Shown one piece after another: positions 1 through 5,298 of a stretch of DNA of 9,778 nucleotides. A program made the position numbers and the translations under genes. The notes below the pieces were generated by a model. That model did not search any database. It saw only the letters and a list, made by a program, of their open reading frames with translations, and was not told where the DNA came from. The stretch is from sequence record OY723333.1; one strand, written 5' to 3'. Each line of letters opens with the position of its first letter. Position 1 is the first letter of the stretch.

Positions 1-169
1 GTCTACTGGATACTCCCTATATACCATATAGTACTCCATACACCTCTGCATGGTGTAATGGTACCCGTACTCCCCATGTACTGTATACCATAGGATACAT
101 GGTACTAATGGTGTGTATGGTGTTGTACTAGTGGTATTAGATGTGTATACCTACTCATAATGAGTACTT
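1..169. repeat. Partial S monomer with the standard core (core-a), truncated by the window edge
   Basis: Collinear and near-identical with 3073-3241 and 8065-8233. Pos 5 ACTGGATACTCCC aligns to 3077, and pos 170 aligns to 3242. More diverged copies lie at ~4890-5068 and ~9390-9560. Confidence 0.9.
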
Positions 170-610
170 CATGTCATCAAATGCATGCATTTACATGATG
201 ATACTGCTCATGAGTACCTACCCGTAGTAGTATACATGTGGTATCCATGGTATACATAGTACTCGTAGTGTATGCTGTTAGGCTATGATGTAGGGGTATC
301 CCGTACCCCTCATACCATCCGTGCGTACTACTAGTATCCTGTATATCACTAGATACTGTATATGATCATACGTGCAAACCATGTGTTCAGATGTCTCGAA
401 ACATGTGTTTTGGTGTCATGACATACACATTCTGTACTACTAATGAGTACCTGTACATGGTATGTGCTGTAAGGGATACTAGGGGATATGGTGCATACCT
501 CTAATGGGGCATATGCTGCCATTAGGGATACCCCCAATACCTGTAGTACTCTGTATAGCTCATTACACCATGATATGCAATAGTAGTGGATTCGCTCATC
601 TCGACTAGAT

Positions 611-629
611 CATGTCACGAAATGACATG
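611..629. other. Perfect 7-bp inverted repeat CATGTCA-cgaaa-TGACATG followed by TTTT
   Basis: Read directly. Identical copy at 5740-5758. The arms are an inverted pair of the anchor half-site CATGTCA. Confidence 0.85.
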
Positions 630-1030
630 TTTTGGGAGGTGTGCCGATACCCACTAGTAACACAGATACTGTATGGTATGCAGGTATCCCCATTCCCTCG
701 ATAAAGAGGCATCAGGGGATATGCACATGCCACCAGTACACTAAGGGATCCAAGGGGTGCCAAAAGGGGTCCAAAAGTGCTCATTTTAGGGGTACCCGTA
801 AATGGCATAATTGCCCCGATTTCGCGTACTCATATTCCTAAGGTCACTGTAAGGAATATGGTCTCCGGCGATGGCATTCCCATTGTGTGCATCCGAAAAG
901 GGCATAAAATGACCCATTTTAGGCACTTTTGGGCCTTTTGGGGTCGCGAAAGTGCACATTAAGACCCCTAATGTCTCCAAAAGGGTCCAAAATGATGCAT
1001 TCGTTTTCTGCCTGACTCGGATCCGCCCTT

Positions 1031-1049
1031 CGCGCGCGCGCGCGTGTGT
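1031..1049. repeat. (CG)7(TG)2 alternating pyrimidine-purine tract
   Basis: CGCGCGCGCGCGCGTGTGT read directly. Identical copy at 6160-6178. Confidence 0.95.
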
Positions 1050-1167
1050 TACTATACACTAAGGGCACACAATTTAGGGGTTCCGAGCACCTCCAGACCC
1101 CCAATCCGACACCCTCTGGGATACCCTATCTGAGGGGTACGGGCCCGAATCCCTTAGGAGCACCTTA

Positions 1168-1193
1168 GGGATGGCATTGGGGAGGGGTCTGGG
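1168..1193 (+). other. G-quadruplex-type motif GGG-N8-GGGG-N1-GGGG-N3-GGG
   Basis: GGGATGGCATTGGGGAGGGGTCTGGG read directly. Copy at 6297-6322. The first loop is 8 nt, slightly beyond the strict N1-7 rule. Confidence 0.5.
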
Positions 1194-1454
1194 AGCACCC
1201 AGAAAGGGTCCCAAAACGAGTGATTTAGGGTCCAAAACACCCATTTTGGGAGGTCTCGGGATACCTCAGATACCCCATTTCTGGAGGTCTTGGGGTCCTC
1301 AGATCATGGCATCCGTGTCCTCAGATACCTAATACCTATGGTCTGCGAGTCCTTAGTACCTATCTGCATGGTCTGTATGCCCGTATCCTCTGTGCCATGT
1401 CCTCTGTGCATGTCCTCAGTACCTCTCTGCGAGTCCTTAGTACCTAATGCCTAT

Positions 1455-1478
1455 ACCTATCTGCATACCTATCTGCAC
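1455..1478. repeat. 12-nt microsatellite ACCTATCTGCA(T/C), 2 units
   Basis: Units read directly at 1455-1466 and 1467-1478. Confidence 0.95.
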
Positions 1479-1877
1479 AGGTCCTCAGATACATCGCGAG
1501 CATCCCCGGACCCCATATCTCATGATCTGATGGTCTCCGGATCCGCTCATGGTCTCCAGATCTGCACATCCCCAGACCCCTAATCCGATACCCACAGCAT
1601 ATGGTCTCATAGTATGTATCTAATGGTGATGGTATCCATAGTGGTCTGTATCCCTACTACACACACCATGGTATGTAGTGCATATGGTCTGTATGCCCTC
1701 ATGGTCTCCGGATCCCTGCATCCCTGGATCCCATACCCATGGCATCCCCAGACCCCCGGATCTCATGATTCCAGACCCCAAATCCATCATTTTGAGACCT
1801 CTAAAATCATCATTTTAGACCCCAAAACCATGGATTTCAGGTCCTCAGATATGCTCTCCGGGATGCTCGTAATGGTC

Positions 1878-2002
1878 ATAATGGCTCTCAGAGGATATGG
1901 GGATACTCCCCGTAGGCCTCTCGGTAGCCCAGGATGCACGGAGGGACATTCCCTGTGGAGGTGATCTCCTCAGGTATCCCGTATGCCATATCCTGTCATT
2001 AG
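1878..2002 (+). repeat. X element copy 1 (~125 nt dispersed conserved module, function unknown)
   Basis: ATAATGGCTCTCAGAGGATATGGGGATACTCCCCGTAGGCCTCTCGGTAGCCCAGGATGCACGGAGGGACATTCCCTGTGGAGGTGATCTCCTCAGGTATCCCGTATGCCATATCCTGTCATTAG. This copy sits in a non-S context: upstream …GGATGCTCGTAATGGTC, downstream GTACCCATTCCGACCC. Confidence 0.9.
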
Positions 2003-2052
2003 GTACCCATTCCGACCCATTTGGTGTCCCCAAAATCATCACTTTTGGTGAC

Positions 2053-2070
2053 CAAAGGGGTACCCCTTTG
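2053..2070. other. Perfect 18-bp palindrome CAAAGGGGTACCCCTTTG
   Basis: Self-complementary and centred on GGTACC. Present only in the unit-A-specific segment. Confidence 0.9.
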
Positions 2071-2428
2071 CAACACGTTTTGGGACCCCCTAAAATGGTC
2101 ACTTTTGGGACCTCTTTAGGTACCCTTCCCGGCACCCCTTAAGGGCCATCCTTCGAGGAATGGCACCATTTAGGGGGTCTGAAAGGGGGTCAGAAAGGGT
2201 GCTAAAAGGGTACATGCATGAGTACTCACACACCATCTTTAAGGGGTTTCGGGGGTTCTGTATCCCTCGAAGGATCCCCCTTAGTATATGGGGTGGTGTT
2301 CCCATGTGCAAAAGGGGCTAAAAGAGGTGTTTTCGACCCTTTTTGCATGCCAAAACCACCAAAATCGATGGTTTTGAGCACCCCAAATCACTCATTTTGG
2401 GGGTTTCGGGCCCTGTCCAATACCCTCC

Positions 2429-2527
2429 ATAATGGTCTCTTAGAGGATATGGGGTACTGCATGTAGGCCTCTCGGTAGCCCAGGATGCACGGAGGGACAT
2501 TCCCTGTGGAGGTGATCTCCTCAGGTT
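2429..2527 (+). repeat. X element copy 2, partial and diverged
   Basis: Matches X from ATAATGGTCTCTTAGAGG to CTCCTCAGG. The first hairpin is destroyed (GGGGTACTGCATG) and the 3' ~25 nt are replaced. Present only in unit A. Confidence 0.8.
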
Positions 2528-2575
2528 CCATAATGCCCTAGATGTGCTAATCCCGTGCCGATACCTACTCGCAAC

Positions 2576-2602
2576 ACATGTTTTGGGACCCCTAAAACAT
2601 GT
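2576..2602. other. Perfect 9-bp inverted repeat ACATGTTTT-gggacccct-AAAACATGT
   Basis: Read directly. Present only in the unit-A-specific segment. Confidence 0.85.
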
Positions 2603-2616
2603 ATTTCGACCCATTT

Positions 2617-2843
2617 GGGGTCCTCATACCATGGCACCATCCTCTGTGCACATACCATGTATCTAGAGGATGTGGTCTCCATAGGTATCGTGGGCATATC
2701 CCCTACCCTATGATATAGGTACCATGCAGAGCATGTGTACTCCTTATAGCATATGTAGTGATCCCCATGGTGTCTAAGGGATCTGGTGATGTACTGGATA
2801 TCACCATAATCATGTAATCTGAGTACATCAAATCATGTGTTTT
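2617..2843. repeat. T segment only (fourth copy of the T part of the M+T module)
   Basis: GGGGTCCTCATACCATGGCACCATCCTCTG…CACCATAATCATGTAATCTGAGTACATCAAATCATGTGTTTT matches 3903-4128, 7610-7835 and 8894-9120. T ends are spaced exactly 1,285 nt apart within each unit (2843 to 4128, and 7835 to 9120). Confidence 0.9.
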
Positions 2844-3035
2844 CATGTCATCAAATGCATGCAATATCATGATATCTGGTGTCTACTGGATACCCTCTAT
2901 ACATCATATAGTACCCAAATACCTGCAAGGGCGGATCCTTATGGTTCCCCTTGTACGGATATGCTGTAGTACTAGTGCTAGTGGGTACCATAATGAGTAC
3001 ATATCGAGTACTTCATATCATCAAATCATGTGTTT
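2844..3035. repeat. S monomer, core-b variant
   Basis: Anchor at 2844, then a distinct core (…ATACATCATATAGTACCCAAATACCTGCAAGGGCGGATCCTTATGGTTCCCC…). Near-identical copy at 7836-8027. Confidence 0.85.
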
Positions 3036-3241
3036 CATGTCATCAAATGCATGCCATTACATGATATCTGGTGATTACTGGATACTCCCTATATACCATA
3101 TAGTACTCCATACACCTCTGCATGGTGTAATGGTACCCGTACTCCCCATGTACTGTATACCATAGGATACATGGTACTAATGGTGTGTATGGTGTTGTAC
3201 TAGTGGTATTAGATGTGTATACCTACTCATAATGAGTACTT
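3036..3241. repeat. S monomer, standard core-a
   Basis: Anchor at 3036. The core is identical in layout to 1-169. Copy at 8028-8233. Confidence 0.9.
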
Positions 3242-3250
3242 CATGTCATC

Positions 3251-3264
3251 AAAACACATGATTT
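3251..3264. other. 14-nt anchor spacer in inverted orientation
   Basis: CATGTCATC-AAAACACATGATTT-CATGTCATC. The 14-mer is the exact reverse complement of the usual AAATCATGTGTTTT seen at 3491-3504, 5078-5091 and 7198-7211. Confidence 0.9.
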
Positions 3265-3481
3265 CATGTCATCAAATCTATGCAATTACATGATATTCCG
3301 TGTATCTAATGATGTGCTGGATACTCCCTAATGGCCATAATGGCTCCTTAGAGGTATGGGGATACTCCCCGTAGGCCTCTCGGTAGCCTGGTATGCACAG
3401 AGGGACATTCCCTGTGGAGGTGGTCTCCTCAGGTATCCCGTATGCCATATCCTGTCATTAGATGTGTATACCTACTCATTT
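3265..3481. repeat. S monomer carrying the X core (contains X3)
   Basis: Variant anchor CATGTCATCAAATCTATGC at 3265. Flanks are shared with core-a monomers (…GGATACTCCCTA / ATTAGATGTGTATACCTACTCAT), with X at 3337-3461 in between. Confidence 0.85.
3337..3461 (+). repeat. X element copy 3
   Basis: Full-length X inside an S monomer frame. It differs from X1 at a few positions (CCTGGTATGCACAG, GGTGGTCTCC). Confidence 0.9.
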
Positions 3482-4128
3482 CATGTCATCAAATCATGTG
3501 TTTTCATGTCATCAAATGCATGCCAATACCATGATATCTGGTGTTACAGGGACTCCTCTAGATACCCATAGTACTCCATATACTCCCGTAATGGTGTAAT
3601 GGTACCCGTAGCCCCCATGTCCTATATACCATAGGATACATGGTCTGCTGGTATGTATCTAGTAGTACTCGTTGCCTGTACCCCTCCGAAAGGGTCTAAA
3701 TACACCATTTTAGGGGTCCAAAACACCCATTTTAGGGTCCTAAAAGTGCTCATGGGGGTACCCCCACGAGCCCTTTTTATGACCATTTCTGGGCTTGATT
3801 TGCGGACCCCTTTTGGGGGATTGAATCACCCGTTTTGGTACCTCCAGAAAGGTGCCAAAAGTGGTCATTTTAGACCCCTAAATCATGTATTTAGACCCTT
3901 TTGGGGACCTCATACCATGGCACCATCCTCTGAGCACATACCATGTATCTAGAGGATATGGTCTCCATAGGTATCATGAGGGATACCCCTACCCTATGAT
4001 ATAGGTACCATGCAGAGCATGTGTACTCCTTATAGCATATGTAGTGATCCCCATGGTGTCTAAGGGATCTGGTGATGTCCTGGATATCACCATAATCATG
4101 TAATTGAGTACATCAAATCATGTGTTTT
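3482..4128. repeat. 647-nt M+T module, copy 1
   Basis: Double anchor (3482, 3505), an S-like stretch, a GC-richer CCAAAA/CATTTTAGGG array (3690-3902), then the T segment (3903-4128). Near-identical copies at 7189-7835 and 8474-9120. Confidence 0.9.
3753..3766. other. Perfect 14-bp palindrome TGGGGGTACCCCCA
   Basis: Self-complementary and centred on GGTACC. Identical copies at 7460-7473 and 8744-8757. Confidence 0.9.
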
Positions 4129-4132
4129 GATG
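4111..4132. other. Inverted repeat CATCAAA-tcatgtgt-TTTGATG spanning the unit A / spacer breakpoint
   Basis: At 4129 the expected CATGTCATC is replaced by its reverse complement GATGACATG. This creates a 7-bp stem with an 8-nt loop. Confidence 0.85.
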
Positions 4133-4850
4133 ACATGATCTGATGCCATGATCTCATGATCTGATGGTATGATGAGTACATACTACTACATACTACTAGT
4201 ACATGCATGCCATACCACCATAGTACCACTGTATGGTATGGTACAGGGTTAAGGTGCTATCCCTGAGGATGACCTATTCTGTGCATGCAGATAGTAGTGT
4301 ATCTGTTCATAGTACTACTCATACTACTACATCATTCCATACCACCATTGTATACATTGCATGGTATGATGAGTAGATGTATGCTATAGGGTATACCTCT
4401 CTGCATACTACTAGTACATGATGAGTAGCAGTGTACAGAGTACTAATGGTGTGTAGGTAATACGTATGCTATACTCTTGTATAGAGTATGGTGTGTGCGT
4501 ACCGTGATAGTCTACTATACCTTGTGCAGCACATCTGGTACCTTACAGTCTATAGCTATACATACATCCTCTGCATGGTGTGTGCTCCCTCTCAGTGTAG
4601 TAGCATGCTATGCAGGATGATGATGATCAGTACAGCTACTAGCAATGGTTACCATGATACTCTGAGTACCTATGTCTCCATCCCTACATGCTCATCATAG
4701 TAGATACTAGGGTAATGTTAAAGGTCACGTTATCGTCTACTAGTGCATAGTCTCCCTCCTGGTCCCTCACTCCCTGTATGGCAGTGTATAGACCATGTAG
4801 AGATACTATGCACTAATACGATGTGTATACCTATCCATTAAGTACATCAT
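4129..4850. other. ~720-nt non-coding segment with no full-length copy elsewhere in the window (left part of the A-B spacer)
   Basis: Macro-unit collinearity stops at 4128. At the equivalent B-C junction (9120/9121) nothing is inserted. The segment has the same CATG/GTAC-rich texture and internal degenerate ~150-nt duplications (for example 4166-4245 vs 4310-4378). The only ORF is 70 aa (4488..4700). Confidence 0.6.
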
Positions 4851-4873
4851 TAGATACATCAAACCATGTGTTT

Positions 4874-5091
4874 CATGTCATTAGATGTATCAATACATGA
4901 TACTACTAGTACTCTCTAGATACTCATAGTACTCCATACACCTCTGCAATGGTGGTATGGTACCTATACTCCCCATGTACTGTATACCATAGGATACATG
5001 GTGCTAATGGTGTGTATGGTGTAGTACTACTGGTATTAGATGTGTGTACCTACTCATAATGAGTACTTCATGTCATCAAATCATGTGTTTT
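4874..5091. repeat. Degenerate S monomer (core-a-like)
   Basis: Opens with a degenerate anchor (CATGTCATTAGATGTATCAATACATGATAC). It then follows the core-a sequence (...CATACACCTCTGCAATGGTGGTATGGTACC...ATTAGATGTGTGTACCTACTCATAATGAGTACTTC) with scattered substitutions. Confidence 0.8.
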
Positions 5092-5298
5092 CATGTCATC
5101 AAATGCATGCAATATCATGATATCTGGTGACTACTGGATACTCCCTAATGGCCATAATGGCTCCTTAGAGGTATGGGGATACTCCCCGTAGGCCTCTCGG
5201 TAGCCTGGATGTGCAGAGAGGGTATTCCCTGTGGAGGTGGTCTCCTCAGGTATCCCGTATGCCATATCCTGTCATTAGATGTGTATACCTACTCATTT
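5092..5298. repeat. S monomer carrying the X core (contains X4)
   Basis: Anchor at 5092, constant left flank CATGATATCTGGTGACTACTGGATACTCCCTA, X element at 5154-5278, and constant right flank ATTAGATGTGTATACCTACTCAT. Same layout as 3265-3481 and 8257-8473. Confidence 0.85.
5154..5278 (+). repeat. X element copy 4
   Basis: Full-length X inside an S monomer frame. Private changes: CCTGGATGTGCAGAGAGGGTATTCCCT. Confidence 0.9.

Larger units (their letters stand above)
2022..2616. repeat. Unit-A-specific variant segment (CCAAAA/TTTTGG-type degenerate repeats plus partial X2)
   Basis: It has no collinear partner in unit B, where 7188-7609 takes its place. Only its last ~45 nt (…TTTTGGGACCCCTAAAACATGTATTTCGACCCATTTGGGG) resemble the end of the M module. 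Confidence 0.8.
170..4128. repeat. Macro-unit A of a ~3.8-4.0 kb higher-order direct repeat
   Basis: 170-2021 is collinear with 5299-7187. The offset is 5129, rising to 5166 after a 36-nt microsatellite difference and a 1-nt indel. 2617-4128 is collinear with 7610-9120 at offset 4993-4991. Sampled stretches show only a few mismatches per 100-200 nt. Confidence 0.9.

Noticed and set aside
51-70. TGGTGTAATGGTACCCGTAC resembles kinetoplast minicircle conserved blocks CSB-3 (GGGGTTGGTGTAA) and CSB-2 (CCCCGTAC).
   Set aside because: Only 8 of 13 nt of CSB-3 are present. The order and spacing of the blocks are wrong, with the CSB-3-like block directly before the CSB-2-like block. No CSB-1 is evident, and the composition is much less AT-rich than typical kDNA. 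This is most likely chance in CATG/GTAC-rich sequence.
611-635. A hairpin plus T-run that looks like a rho-independent terminator.
   Set aside because: The stem is only 7 bp and AT-rich. There is no upstream gene to terminate. The arms are simply an inverted pair of the repeat's own half-site.
605-980. A cluster of 61-69-aa ORFs on both strands (605..808 minus, 632..841 plus, 777..962 plus, 786..980 minus), duplicated at 5734-6109.
   Set aside because: They are mutually overlapping sense/antisense ORFs of similar length over the same bases. This is what stop-poor, GC-richer repeat sequence produces by chance. There is no start context or domain signal.
1224-1230. Telomere-type words TTTAGGG and TTTTAGGG recurring in the GC-richer segments.
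   Set aside because: They are always single occurrences embedded in a longer degenerate unit and never tandem heptamers. This is not a telomere or an interstitial telomeric array. At most it is a distant derivative.
1908-1930. CCCCGTAGGCCTCTCGGTAGCC in X, and CCATTTTGG in the P-type repeats (for example 1241-1249), vaguely recall the dinoflagellate spliced leader CCGTAGCCATTTTGGCTCAAG.
   Set aside because: The two halves are never adjacent, GGCTCAAG is absent, and CCGTAGCC is interrupted (CCGTAGGCC). This is not a relic spliced-leader sequence on present evidence.
1614-1964. The longest ORF in the window (116 aa, plus strand), duplicated at 6780..7130.
   Set aside because: It is bounded by TAA (1581) and TGA (1965) inside repeat DNA. 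It runs through the X element and overlaps minus-strand ORF 1845..2135. The sequence is low-complexity (M/V/S/P/H-rich) with no recognisable domain. The duplicate exists only because the DNA is duplicated.
1897-2142. A family of six ORFs beginning MGILPVGLSVA… (1897, 3356, 5173, 7063, 8348, and the related stretch in 2318..2614 on the minus strand).
   Set aside because: All start inside the X element, and their C-terminal halves differ completely depending on what follows X. The shared peptide is a by-product of a conserved ~125-nt non-coding module.
3337-3461. The X element as a tRNA, 5S rRNA or snRNA gene, given its ~120-nt size, hairpins and multiple copies.
   Set aside because: It has no cloverleaf and no T-loop GGTTCGAATCC-type box. 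Neither strand resembles the eukaryotic 5S consensus or the U1/U2/U6 sequences I can recall. It remains a candidate unknown structured or dispersed element only.
2844-3513. A possible CRISPR array, because a conserved ~45-nt motif recurs at regular spacing.
   Set aside because: The spacing is 190-240 nt, far longer than CRISPR spacers. The intervening sequences are themselves repeated elsewhere. The motif is part of a satellite monomer, and there are no cas genes or any other genes nearby.
3653-3952. A 99-aa ORF conserved at 8644..8943, which looks like a repeated gene.
   Set aside because: The third copy of the same DNA (starting at 7360) has an in-frame TAA at 7426-7428 from a simple substitution (GGTCCAAAAC to GGTCTAAATC), leaving only a 68-aa remnant (7453..7659). 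The frame is therefore not under selection. The region is the degenerate CCAAAA/CATTTTAGGG repeat.
4129-4882. A possible transposon or IS element, because the unique segment is bracketed by 9/10-matching inverted repeats (GATGACATGA / TCATGTCATT).
   Set aside because: There is no transposase-sized ORF and no clear target-site duplication. The inverted repeats are copies of the ubiquitous anchor half-site. I report it as a breakpoint structure, not as a mobile element.
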